From: Octopus vulgaris
Taxonomy: Eukaryota
Assembly: GCA_951406725.2 (NCBI GenBank)
Contig: OX597814.1
Span: 221,402,001-221,466,000, forward strand
DNA length: 64,000 nt
Direction of reading: 5' to 3'
Part shown: one piece after another, positions 1-13,122 of the stretch
How positions within the stretch are numbered: position 1 is the stretch's first letter
Layout: each line of letters starts with the position of its first letter
Notes under the pieces: model-generated
Databases searched by the model: none
The model's input: the letters and a program-made list of their open reading frames with translations, nothing else
Told to the model about the DNA's origin: nothing
Program-made: the position numbers and the translations under genes

Positions 1-77
1 TACTACTATTATTATTATTATTATTGTTATTATTATTATTATTGTTGTTGTTGTTGTTATTATTATTATTATTATTA

Positions 78-1915
78 CCATCTTTCATTTCTGTTTCCAT
101 TTCTTTCCGAGCGTCTGTCTTACACCTTTAGGGCAGAGAAACGTACTGTATACATTAGTAGGTCATTAACATAAACACACCATATTATTCATTTACAGTC
201 ATGTGATAGAGAAAAGGAGAAGAACGACAGAGAGGAAAAAGAAAAAATACAAAGTAAAAAAGTGAACAAAGAAATTAAAGGGGTGGGAGAAAAATGAAAA
301 TTCAGAGAGACATTGCTCTTCTCAATACCTGTGACGTACCAATTAAGACAAGCTAGGGATTATTCGTAAATAGTTCATTTTTTTGCAAGTGCTCTTACAA
401 TCACTGGTATTTTAACCGTCTTTAAATGCAGCATCTCTTCGATTTCAATTATCAAATCTTTATATTTTCTGAGCTTGTCAAATTCTTTTGCCGAGACATT
501 ATGGTCAAAGGGTTTGCTCATGTCAATCAATAAAGCGAGATTATTGTTTTTGTCTTTCACAACAATATCGGGTGTATTTGTTTTGATGGTCCGGTTTGTA
601 GATACTGGAAAATCCCAAATAATCGTTACATTTTCTTCCTCAGTCTAATTCCGTCCGTTTAATTTTGACTTAAGCATCAGTCTCAGTCTGCGCAAGTAGT
701 CCACCTTAAAATTTTCTGTCATTTCTTTCTCCATCAATTCATCTATTTCCAAAATCCTCCAAGTACTTATAGCCTGTCTCTTCTATCTGCTTCATAACCT
801 TCCCCGACGGTATCGTTAGCCCGTCCATACATTTGATTTTTCCTCTATTCAAGACTAACACACCACACTTTCTCAGTCTGAACTCCATTCTGATATCAGC
901 ACTGTAGGTATCCACACTATCAATGAGGAAACTGACTTGGGCTTCATCTTTACCATAATGTTTGAGCTCATCCATGAATAACAAATAGTTGACTCTTTGT
1001 TGGCGGCTTTTGAATACATACCCAGTCTTTTTTTCCTCAGAATCAGTGTTGTTCGTGTACAATTTGTCAGTAGTTTTGATTTTATAATGCCTACAAATTA
1101 TCCAGTGTAGATATTGGCCAACTCTGTCATGTCTTGATTTGTACTCCTAAGATACTAAATATATCGACACGTTGGGTTTGCACCATTTTTCATCACATTG
1201 ACTTGATAATTCCGGGTCAGTAAGCTCTGATCTCGAGCAGCCAAGGTAAAGCCTTCACACTCTATCTTTAGTCCTGAGCTCCGTAGCCACTGATGGTTAT
1301 GCTTCAGGTCTATATCAGCTTTTTTGCTACTGCCACATATTTGCCATGCAGAGGTTTTTGCTTCCACCTATCAGCCAATTGTTGAAACGGAATTTGCTTT
1401 GAAATTGATTTCACTTTCTTTGCAACTTTAATTGTTGCACTTCCATCACTCTATTCAACCTGGGTATTATATATGAACTCACTCGAAAATATTTTGTTCC
1501 CTTTCATAACTGAATTAAAATCCTTACGTCTTGCATGTTTTTCTACGAGCTTTATCAACCAGTCGTTAGATGCTTCAAGATATTTTGCCACTCCAGTTGT
1601 GGTGGTTTTGTAAGAGATTTCAAATTACATCAAGCCTCGATCTCCTTGAGCTCTGGGGAGGCAAGACGATTTGCACCTGCCTTTCCTTGATGCATCTTAT
1701 TGCAAGGCAGCAGCTAATGGGTTTTCCTGTCAATCTTCTTTATTTCGCTCATATTCCAGTTCAACACATTGAAACTGTAAATAAGAACCAGAACTACTAA
1801 GGAATTTATAGCTAACACCTTGATACGTGCATTTAACTTGGATTTAAGGACTGCTCTATCTCTCCCGTTACATTCTGTCCATATTTTCTCTTTCATGCTG
1901 ACATACTGAATGCCA
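78..1915 (-). mobile_element. Degraded, 5'-truncated R4/Dong-type RLE LINE
   Basis: Minus-strand fragments in the expected order: LKSKLNARIKVLAINS, HQWLRSSGLKIECEGFTLAARDQSLLTRNY, RHDRVG, TPDIVVKDK..LLIDMS..KYKDL (PD-D/ExK endonuclease). The 3' motif CCCTAAAGG..GACGCTCGG is followed by a (TAA)n tail at 1-77. Confidence 0.85.
644..1032 (-). mobile_element. RT/thumb fragment of a second R4/Dong-like family nested in the first element
   Basis: Encodes VNYLLFMDELKHY..KCGVLVLNRGK..YKYL..LKSKLNGRN, out of domain order. Flanked by TTCCTCAG at 636-643 and 1033-1040. Confidence 0.7.
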
Positions 1916-1924
1916 TATGTAAAT

Positions 1925-3070
1925 CGTGTCCGTCATCTGCTACCGCATGAACGTCGTGCCTAGCCCTCGTCGCACCTTGCCAAGTTGGAGCGCCTCCTCT
2001 TCAAATTCTTATGGATGGGACAGGTTCTGTTGGTTCATTTGCTGTCAGCATCCCCTACGTAGAGAGCTTGGCATGCCCTTGCTAATGATGCGCAGACTTG
2101 CACTGAGCTGCGGCATCCTCAGATATTCCGTCTAAACGGTGAACAGGTATTGTCGCCGCTTGTCAATCAAGCCTTTCCTCAGCTCATGTCCCAGACTGAA
2201 TTACAGTCCTGGGTCAAGAAGACACCCAGACAAGGTGACTGGCATCTGGAATGAGGCCAGGCACTCATTGCCCTCTACCAGACAGGGAAATAGGTCAGTG
2301 GAACATCTGGCCTTGAATTCAGTAGAGGGTCGGGGCGGGAAAGTGCGATGATGTACTCGGAGAGGCGCTCGGCGTTGACGAAGTCGAACTGACCAGTTTG
2401 TTTTGGGGGACTTTCGAGCCTGGGACGATGGAGAACTTCTAGAAAACGCTCGCTTGGTAGTACCACCGGTCCGAGAAACTCCACAGGCACCGAAATGCTG
2501 TGAGACGGACTTGCCCAAGATGCGCTCAGAGTGACGAAACTGTTCAGCACGGACTCGTCTAGTGCCCATGCATTACTGACTTGTGGAGTTATGTTGAACA
2601 GTTGTTGCCGCGAGTAGGACGGATCCGGCTATCGGCCAAGTACTTAGTGAAGTTGACCCGCCGCCTTCCTTTGGCTAGGAAAGGCAGAACATTTTCTGCT
2701 GTTTGTTAGCAGTAGCGAAAGAGGTTGTATGGTGGACCAGGTTGAAAGGACTGAAGACAGACACTTTTCTCTTCGGACAATCTCTCATCAATTTTTCAAA
2801 GGGTGGAGAGAGAGAGAGAGGTAATGCCCCACACCAGTACATTTGCTGAAAGGTGAGTGAATATAGCGAAAAAGGCTCGTATGAGTGGACCTGTTCTAAT
2901 AATGTGCCTGTAGGATGGTGAATTTGAAGCGCCGGGTGGTTCAGGATCGGTGGGGTACCGGAGCCAACCCTGGGTGGTCATCCCACCTCCTATAGGGGAA
3001 ATCTAATTTTTGTATTTTTTCTTCTTTAATGTTTATTGTTATTGTCTTCATGATTGTTTACTCGTTGTTT
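1925..3070 (+). mobile_element. Tx1/L1-like LINE, 3' part of ORF2, degraded
   Basis: Frameshifted LERLLFKFLW, HPLRRELGMP (GGLG-like) and zinc knuckle CPRCAQSDETVQH..CP. Homologous to 63166-63975. Confidence 0.7.
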
Positions 3071-3125
3071 TGCGTAAAACACCCACTGTCACCGTCTACT
3101 GTATATGTTGGCCCTAGTGGCCAAT

Positions 3126-3408
<283 letters not shown>

Positions 3409-3419
3409 TTATTATTATT

Positions 3420-6400
3420 ATCCACTCGTATGGAGCCAAAAATTAACTGACAAAGGATTGGACTATATCCGAATAAGTAATACTCATTGAAATTTATTAC
3501 TATTTTGGAAACGAAATGATGTATTTTGACTCGATATCATCTACACCTCTAACACAACACATGTAAACATGCGTGATACATTACGATCCATCAACACCAG
3601 ATCATTTCCGGCTCCAAACACCATGTACAAAGGAACTAATAAGAAATTAAATAACACCGATATTATTCAACCCAAGAATAACAATCGGGAAGTACGTACC
3701 TTAAACTTGCAACACAAAATGTACGAAAAACTACACGTGCAAAACATTGTGACAACAGAAATGAACGGACCGGTACCCTACGAAAATGACGACCGTCAAA
3801 ATAATGGGCCGGACGTTTTTCCACATGTCCCGCAAATAAAACCCAAAAGGCATAAATGGACACGTGAGGAATACATTTCTATCCTACATGCTTACTTTAC
3901 AGCAGTGCTCTACCCAAAGAATGAAAACACAACAACACATACATATAAAATATGGAAGAAAAATAACATAGATATAGACTTGGATACAGCAATGAACCCT
4001 AATAAACTAGCTAACGTACGAAGATATATTCTCAACGAAAAAAAATATCAGAAATAGAAATAGAGCATTTAAAAGGAAAAAATACATCAGGAAAATGTAG
4101 ATAGAAGCCACACAACAATACCAAATAATATAAACACTGAAGCAGTAAAACACGAAGACAAACGTAACATTTCCAACAAAAACGATGTAAACAAAAAACA
4201 ACAAACCCAGACCGTGAGGATGCGCAATAACACACGACAAACAGCAAGCCAAAACACGACAAACAAACATACGAATATGAAAAAAAGTGACACAAATCTA
4301 AAACCTGGAAACAACGAAGGGGAGCCTAATGATTATGATACTATAAAAAGTAGAATAATCAAAGAACTGAAAAACACAGATCTCAAGATGGACCACCGAC
4401 CATACCTCCCAAGAATCAAAATAGACAAAACAACAACATCAATTATAAACAGCATAAACCTAGCCGTCACTGAACTAATAGCCATTGAAACAAAAAGCGA
4501 TATCACTGAGCTAAATGACTTAGTATATGCAGCAGCCACTGCAGCCACAAAAGAAGCTGGATACTCCCTCAAACCCATCCAAACAGGAGTACCACCACCC
4601 AAACAAACCCTGTGGATAAATAACATCCAAAACAAAATACCAAAAATGAGAAAAGATCTGTCGATTCTTAATGAAATCAGTAGACAATCAACGCTATTAA
4701 GCAACAAAAAGAAAACAAAAATACTCCGAAAATACAACATCACAGAAAAAGATTTACCTGAGATAAAAAAAAAACTAAAGCAAGATATCCTTGCCAAAGC
4801 ACAAAGGATCCGCCGGTATGAGAAACGCCAACGCTTCTTTGAACAAAACAAACAGTTCAACTCCAACCCCCAAAAGTTCTACCAAGAACTTGGCAAGAAT
4901 AAAATATACATCATTGCAGCACGAACGGCAGAAGAAGAGGAAGAATTCTTGAAAGGAATATGGTCGGCGAATGAACAACCAAAAAAAAAGGAGTATTAAA
5001 ACAACAAACATAGCATCTGAGCAACTTTGGACCCCCATAACAACTGAAGAGGTCACCCAGGCACTGCAAAGACTAAGCAACTGGAAGGCACCTGGGCATG
5101 ACAAGATCCCCAACTTCTGGTTGAAATATCTACCAGGAATACAAAAAAAACTGGCTGAAAGCTTTAACAACATACTGAATGGCTCACGAAGGGGAAAACC
5201 ATCTTAATTCCCAAATCAAATGAGACAGCAAAACCAGAAAACTACGGACCAACAACGTCTCCCTACAATGTACAAAGCATTTTCTGCAGTAATATCACAA
5301 AGATTAAACAAGCACCTGAACGAAAACAACCTGTTTCCAGAAGAGAAGAAAGGATGCCGCAAAGGCTTATACGGCTGTAAAGATCAACTAATGATCGATA
5401 AAGCCATAACTGAAGACAGTCACAGAAAGAAGAATGGCCTCAGTATGGCCTGGATCGACTACAGAAAGGCGTTTGATAGCATCTCCCACACATGGATTCT
5501 CGAAACACTAGCCATTAACAAAGTAGCACCAACAATTATAAAATACATTGGACACACTATGAATAAAGACAAACAGTGCTACAGCTCCAAACAAAAGAGG
5601 GACTTGTGAAAACCAAAGCCATCCCCATTAGAAGAGGAATATTCCAGGGAGATACGCTCTCTCCACTCCTTTTCTGCTTGGTACTGTTACCTCTATCTGA
5701 TATGCTAAATAGAACTGGATGCGGATATAAATGTTACGGCAAAACGATCAGTCACCTTTTATATATGGATGACCTAAAACTATACGCTGAAAATGACAAA
5801 CAGCTGGAAACACTATTAAAGACAGTTCATGGATTTACCAAAGAAATAGATATGAAATTTGGATTAGAGAAATGCGCCAAAGTAACCCTGAAAAGAGGAA
5901 AACTGTTTAAGAGTAGCAACATCACACTAGATAAAACCAATGAAATAAAAGAATTAGACCAAAGCCAAACTTACAAATACTTAGGAATCCATGAACTAGA
6001 TAAGATATAACACACATAAATGAAAGAGAAAATAAAAAACAGAATATTATAGACAAGTTAGATCAATACTAAAAACAGAGCTCAATGCTAAAAACAAGAA
6101 TATAGGTATTAACACTTTAGCAGTCCCAGTTATAAGTTACAGCTACAATATCCTTAACTGGACACTAAATGAACTGACCAAAATAGATAGGAAAACAAGA
6201 AAAATAATGACAGGATCTAGGATGCATCACCCAAAATCTGACGTAGAAAGACTATATATACAACGTATAGAAGGTGGTAGAGGCCTTATACAACTGGAAA
6301 ACTACTATAAAATAACCACCATAGGACTGCAAAAATATCTACTTCAGAAGGAAGGAAAACTGATACAAATAGCGGCAAAACAAAAAACTGTTCTCAGTAT

Positions 6401-7500
6401 TTAAGGAAGCTGACAAATACAAACAAGAAATCATACCACCTAACAAACATGAAGAAGAAGAAGAAGAAGAAGAAGAAGAAGAAGAAGAAGAAGAAGAAGA
6501 AGAAGAAGAAGAAGAAGAAGAAGAAGAAGAAGAAGAAGAAGAAGAAGAAGAAGAAGAAGAAGAAACAACAAAAGCTATAAAACAAATGAAATCCAAACTA
6601 AAAATAGAACAGCAACGAACCATGATAAAACGATGGCAAGAAAAGCCCCTTCATGGTAAATACTGGACTAAACTAAATGCAAAAGAAATAGACAAAGAAA
6701 AATCTCAGCAATGGTTGAGAAGCTCAGGACTCAAAGCAGAAACAGAGGGATTTTTAATTGCAGCACAAGACCAAAGCCTCCCCACCAGAAATTACCAAAA
6801 ACATATAACGAAAAGAAATATAACAAGTAACTGCAGAATATGTGGAGATGGACAAGAAAGAATAAATCATATTATCTCTGGCTGCCCAGTCCTGGCTAAG
6901 AAGGAATATATTCACAGACATGACAGAGTTGGAACCTACATACGCTTGGAAGCTATGCCAACATTATGGAATAACAACAGAAAAAAGATGGTATAGGCAC
7001 ACACCAGAAAAGGTCAAAGAAAACGAGAAAGCAACCATACTCTGGGATATGCCGATACACACAGATAGAGAAATTAAGGCCAACAGACCAGATATAGTTG
7101 TCAGAGATCATGAAGAAAAAAACTGCTTTCTAATTGATGTATCAATACCAGCAGATGACAATGTGTTTCTGAAAGAAATGGAGAAACTTTCACAATACAA
7201 AGACCTGGAAATAGAGGTAACCAGAATGTGGAATCTAAAATCAGAAACAATTCCTATCATAGTAGGCGCATTAGGCATGATAAAAAATATTCAGACAAAT
7301 ACATAACAAAATCACCAGGACTTACAAACACATACAACACAGAAAATTGCACTACTAGACACTGCACATATCTTACGCGGTACACTTTCCATACAATAAC
7401 CATCAGAGCATCACAACAAATCACAGCACATACCCAAGGCACACAGAGCTGCGCTCGGTAGTAAAGTGAAAGTACGCTATAAAAATAAAACTACTGAATA
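3420..7500 (+). mobile_element. Near full-length R4/Dong-type non-LTR retrotransposon (single ORF, now frameshifted)
   Basis: N-terminal KRHKWTREE, NWKAPGHDKI, WIDYRKAFDSI, GIFQGDTLSPLLF, HLLYMDDLKLY, YKYLG, GGRGL, CCHC knuckle CRIC..HIISGC, RHD and RLE motif RPDIVVRD..LIDVSIP..YKDL. Sits between (AAT)n arrays. Confidence 0.95.
6451..6564 (+). repeat. (GAA)38 inside the Dong ORF (in-frame poly-Glu)
   Basis: Pure GAA run; reads ..IIPPNKH-E38-TTKAIKQMKSK in the frame of ORF 6586..6996. Confidence 0.95.
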
Positions 7501-7511
7501 ATAATAATAAT

Positions 7512-7931
7512 ACTCTCTTTTACTCTTTCTCCCTTTTATTTGTTTCAGTCATTTGACTGCGGCCATGCTGGAGCACCGCCTATAGTCGAGCAAATCGACA
7601 CCGGGACTTATTCTTTGTAAGCCCCAGTACTTATTCTATCGGTCTTTTTTGCCGAACCGCTAAGTGACGGGGACGTAAACACACCAGCATCGGTTGTCAA
7701 GCAAATCTAGGGGTACAAACACAGACACACAAACACACACACAAATACATATATATATACATATATACGACAGGCTTCTTTCAGTTTCCGTCTACCAAAT
7801 CCACTCACAAGGCATTGGTCGGCCCGGGGCTATAGCAGAAGACAATTGCCCAAGATGTCACGCAGTGGGACTGAACCCGGGACCATGTTGCTGGTTATCA
7901 AGCTACTTACCACACAGCCACTCCTGCGCCT
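7512..7931 (-). mobile_element. tRNA-derived SINE, family A (CORE-like body)
   Basis: Reverse complement starts GGCGCAGGAGTGGCTGTGTGGTAAG..GGTTCAGTCCC (A/B boxes), has a TTGGGCAA core-like segment and a (TAAAAGAG)-type tail. Several copies in the window. Confidence 0.9.
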
Positions 7932-7952
7932 ATAATAATAATAATAATAATA

Positions 7953-7992
<40 letters not shown>

Positions 7993-8038
7993 TAATAATA
8001 ACAACAACAACAACAACAACAACAACAATAACAATAAC

Positions 8039-8099
<61 letters not shown>
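7932..8099. repeat. (AAT/AAC)n microsatellite
   Basis: Read directly from the sequence. Confidence 0.98.
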
Positions 8100-9393
8100 T
8101 TCAAGACAGAGCTGAATGCAAGAAACAGGATCGAAGCGATCAATTCTTTAATCATACCAATTTCAATATCATTAACTGGTAAATTACTGAAGTATGTAAT
8201 CTTGACAGAAAAATATGTAAACTGTTGACAATGCATAGAATGCACCATCCTAGATCAATTTTTTCTGCCAAGAAAAGAGGAAAATCTTGGACATTTACAA
8301 CTGGCTTTAACAATGAAGATTGCCACAATCGGCCTGGATACCTAGCTGAAAAACGCTGAGGACTGGATGTTAAATCTTGCCTGAAAACATGAGAACAAGA
8401 AAGTATCATATTCAATAACAAAACAGACAAAGGAATTTCTAAGTGAATTCCAAATACAACAAATTCCAGAATTAGACGTACTAGAAAGAATCGCTGAAAA
8501 AGCTAAGCGCATGAAAACCCGTGCTAAAACTGCTGCCTTAGATATTCTGACTGATATATGGCAGGAAAAACCTCTCAATGGCAAATACCCCAAGAGAGCG
8601 AATAATGCCGATGTTGACAAAGACCTTACCCATCAATGGCTAATCGCATCTGGCTTAAAATCAGAAACAGAAGGGTTTATCATAGCAGTTCAAGATCAAA
8701 GCCTACCTACAAGGAACTACCAGTTCAACATATTAAAGAACAGCAGCTTCCCAACATGTCATGCATGTCAACAACAAAATGAAACCATTGATCATGTCTC
8801 CATGTGCAGTCTTCTAGCACCTACGGAATATCTCAACTGGCATGATAGAGCTGCACAATATAGTCACTGGGTAATTTGCAAAAGCCTGGACTTGCCCCAT
8901 GATAAAAACTAGTGGAAACACAAACCACCTCCAGTGCTTGAAAATGGTCACATCTCCCTCCTCTAGGACTTCACCCATCAAACTGACAGAAAGATAGATG
9001 CAAATAGGCCAGACATCATATTGAAAGACTCCAGGCAAAAATCATGCCTCCTCATTGATATATGATTATCCCAATCGATATAAACGTATCTGTCAAGACC
9101 TACCAAAAAATTAAGCAAGTATAAAGATCTTGAAATAGAAATTAGCAAAATTTGGAACTTGAACACTAAAACAATACATGTTTTAGGGGCTGATTGCTAC
9201 CTAACTCAGATACCAGGAAACCCCAAAATGGCAGAAATTCAAAAGATAATTCTTATGGGAAATGCACATATCCGACATAAAATACTGTCTATATAATCTG
9301 AAATTTTAAAACAAACACATAAATGAACTTTTATGTTTTTGTCTTTTGAGGTCTCTGGGTGAGACTTGGAACCAACTTGTACAAATGCAAAGC
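8100..9393 (+). mobile_element. 5'-truncated R4/Dong LINE, different subfamily
   Basis: WQEKPLNGKY, QWLIASGLKSETEGFIIAVQDQSLPTRNY, CHAC..ETIDH, RPDIILKD, KYKDLEIEI; ends in (AAT)n. Confidence 0.9.
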
Positions 9394-9459
<66 letters not shown>

Positions 9460-9489
9460 TAATAATAATAATAATAATAAAAAATAAAA

Positions 9490-9709
9490 AAAATATATTC
9501 AGATAAATACATAACAAAAACACCAGGACTTACAAACACATATAACATACAGAAAATTGCACTACTAGGCACTGCACACATCCTACGCAGAACACTTTTC
9601 ATACAATAACCATCAGAGCATCACAACAAATCACAGCACATACCCAAGGCACACAGAGCTGCGCTCGGTAGTGAAGTGAAAGCACGCTATAAAAATAAAA
9701 CTACTGAAC

Positions 9710-9710
<1 letters not shown>
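9490..9710 (+). mobile_element. Short 3'-end copy of the 3420-7500 Dong family
   Basis: Near-identical to about 7284-7500; flanked by (AAT)n. Confidence 0.9.
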
Positions 9711-9780
<70 letters not shown>

Positions 9781-9789
9781 CGATGATAA

Positions 9790-9826
<37 letters not shown>

Positions 9827-10373
9827 GAGTGAGAGAGCAGTTCATGCCATCAAAGTGACACTGGGGTAAAATATACGAAGCCCAATATACCCATCATGAC
9901 TACCGGTCTGATAAGGGTACACCAGGCACATGCATCACAACCATATGTGTGCGACATGGTGATCTCATATCAAAATAAACAGCACATGACCTTGCAGGTG
10001 GGGGCCCAGTTAGAATTTTCTTCAGGTCGAGTAGCCCATCCCACTCAAAAGGTCCCTGAATAAGGGTTGTTTAAGGATGTTGAAAGAACCACCCACGTTT
10101 CCAGAGGTGAATTATTCAAACCCCAAAGAATCCCTCTCAACACAGGGCTATGATGCTCCCCAACTACTTCTGCTCGTGATCAGAGATACACATATCGTCA
10201 GCCACTAAGGGACATGCTCAACTGGTTAAGGTCAAACAACTGACAAGCACATCTGTGGTATTGAGCAGAATATTTGCTGTAGCCCATCTTTTATACCAAG
10301 ACAAAACAATGTACATGATAACAGTTAAGATCAGAAGCCATGAGAGCCACTGCCTGGTACTGCATCAGGGCAT
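9827..10373 (-). mobile_element. Unclassified ~550-bp non-autonomous retroposon in a TAA array
   Basis: Complex sequence between TAT arrays. A partial second copy at 11447-11563 keeps only the left end, which suggests a minus-strand element with 5' truncation. Confidence 0.6.
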
Positions 10374-10968
<595 letters not shown>

Positions 10969-11150
10969 TAAGGTGGCACGCTAGCAGAATTGTTAGTACG
11001 CCAGGCAAAATGCTCAGCGCCATTTCGTCTGTATTTATAGTCTGAGTTCAAATTCCGCTGATGTCGACTCTACCTTTCATCCTTTCGGGGTCGATAAATT
11101 AAGTACCAGTTACGCACTGGAGTCGTTGTAATCGACTAGTTCCCACCCCA
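10969..11150 (+). mobile_element. tRNA-like SINE, family B
   Basis: AAGGTGGC..GCAGAA..GAGTTCAAATTCC..CCTTTCATCCTTTCGGGGTCGATAAATTAAGTACCAG; roughly ten copies or fragments in the window. Confidence 0.85.
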
Positions 11151-11154
11151 AATA

Positions 11155-11402
11155 GCAAGTGCTCTTATTTTTCACTGTATTGAAAGTGCTTTAGGTAGGC
11201 TGTGCGCGGTGAAGAATAGTGCTAGGGGTTTTTGTTATGTATTTGTGCTTTCTTTTTGTTACGTATTTATGCTTTCTTTTTATCATATCTGATGCGCCTA
11301 CTGAAATAAAAATTGCTTCTGTTTTTAGGCTCCACATTTGAGTTACCTCTCTTTCCAGATCTTTGTGTTTTGTAAGTTTCTCCGTGTCTTATTGAGAAAC
11401 GT
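11155..11402 (-). mobile_element. R4/Dong endonuclease and 3' fragment
   Basis: Minus strand reads EKLTKHKDLEREVTQMWSLKTE..VGA. Confidence 0.75.
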
Positions 11403-11446
11403 TGTTGTTGTTGTTGTTTTTATTATTGTTATTGTTACTATTATCA

Positions 11447-11563
11447 AGTGAGAGAGCACGGTATGCCATCAAAGTGTCACTGGGATAAAATATACGAAGC
11501 CCAGTATACCCATCATGACTATTCTTCCGATAAAGTTACACTAGGTACATGCATCGCAACAAT
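11447..11563 (-). mobile_element. Truncated copy of the 9827-10373 element
   Basis: AGTGAGAGAGCA..TGCCATCAAAGTG..AAAATATACGAAGCCC matches 9828-9945. Confidence 0.8.
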
Positions 11564-11564
11564 C

Positions 11565-11634
<70 letters not shown>

Positions 11635-11637
<3 letters not shown>

Positions 11638-11850
11638 GTTGGTGAGTTGGCAAAATAGTTAGCATGCCGGAAAATGCTTAGCGGCATTTCGTCCGCCTTT
11701 CTGTGTTCGGAGTTAAATTTTCCTCGAGTCCACTTTGCCTTTCATCGTTTCGGGGCCGGTAAATTAGGTACCTGTTGAGCACTGGGGTCGATGCAATCGG
11801 CCGATTCCTTGCCCAGAAACTGTTGTCATTGCGCCAAAATCTGAAAGTAT
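11635..11850 (+). mobile_element. SINE family B, diverged
   Basis: Similarity to 10969-11150. Confidence 0.75.
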
Positions 11851-12365
11851 TATCATTACCATTTCTATTGTTGCCATATCTTTTCATTTTGTTGTTCTTG
11901 CAAATAGTATTTGTTGAGTTCATATTCCTTTGAGGTCTCTTTTGTCTTTCATCTTTCAGATAAAAATAAAACATCAGTTAAATAGTGGAGTCGATAGTAT
12001 GTAAAAACTGCTCCTTGAAAATTCCAGTTGTTTGCCATCATCATTATCATTGCCATCGACGCCGTTGTCGTAATTATTATTGTTGTTATTGTCATTATTT
12101 TCATCATCTTCCTCATGATGATGATGATGATGATGATGATGATAATGATCATCATCATCCTGATCATGATGATCATCAACAAATTCTCCCAGTAATTTTA
12201 TTTATTACTTATTGATGACAAGTTATTTCTCTGTGATATACATACATATGTGTATACACAAACATAAGCACATACATACATGCATATATGGAGGCATACA
12301 TACATAAATACATACATACATACATACATACATACATGCATACATATATACATACATGCGTACAT

Positions 12366-12912
12366 GGTGGCTTCCCCCTCGTTATCGAGTATGGCCATTG
12401 CCCAAAGCTTAATCAATGTTGTTATCGTGCAATGCCTGTGCATGAAGATTTCTTTTTAAAGTGAGGAAAGGCTGTGCACTGAGTCAATCCCACTCACTAA
12501 GCAACAGCAGCCATAATCCGAAAAGAAGAACAAATCAACATCATCGGTAACCACTGAGCCGCAGGTTTTATGTCGGAGTTATCGCAGTTATCTGAGTTAC
12601 CTTCTCCGAGAAAGATGCCCTAACAAAGGCTAGGAGTCCTTCATTCCCAATGGTTCAACCGCGCGATCGGGTATTCAGTCCGATTATTTCTATGTCCCCG
12701 CTCATGATACAGCTTTAAGACATTTATTGGATGGCCGTTGACTCTAAAGAGTTCCTCCGCCCTTTGACGGGTTTTGTTTTTCATCCTGCAGAGTGTCCAA
12801 TAAACACCCTCCTTGGTGGGGTTGCCGGTTTAGTCGCCGACGACCCGACCATGCAACAGGTTGTACTGGGTCACATGTTGGCAGTAGCACTCGAAAGTGA
12901 CCTGACCTCAGG
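12366..12912 (-). mobile_element. Probable RTE-derived non-autonomous element (5' UTR-like part plus 3' tail)
   Basis: Minus-strand 3' end ATGGCCATACTCGATAACGAGGGGGAAGCC resembles RTE/BovB tails; GC-rich 5' part contains GGCGACTAAACC; lies in (TACA)n. Confidence 0.5.
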
Positions 12913-13122
12913 TACATACATACATACAGACATGCATACATACATCCCCAAGTAGTAATTATTTAGGCAACCAACTCAGAATGGGATTGTGTTTTGATAA
13001 TTGTAGTTACGTCTGACGAAATGGCTTGATCATTTTTCATATTGTGTAATCTAATCAATGAATATTCATTCTCACAGAAACACTTGTTAACTTATTGGAA
13101 AATTTGTTTTCGTTTTGATATA

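Noticed and set aside
100-146. Hammerhead-like CCGAGCG..GAAACGTA on the plus strand
   Set aside because: Better explained as the antisense of the conserved Dong 3' UTR motif; stem I does not form.
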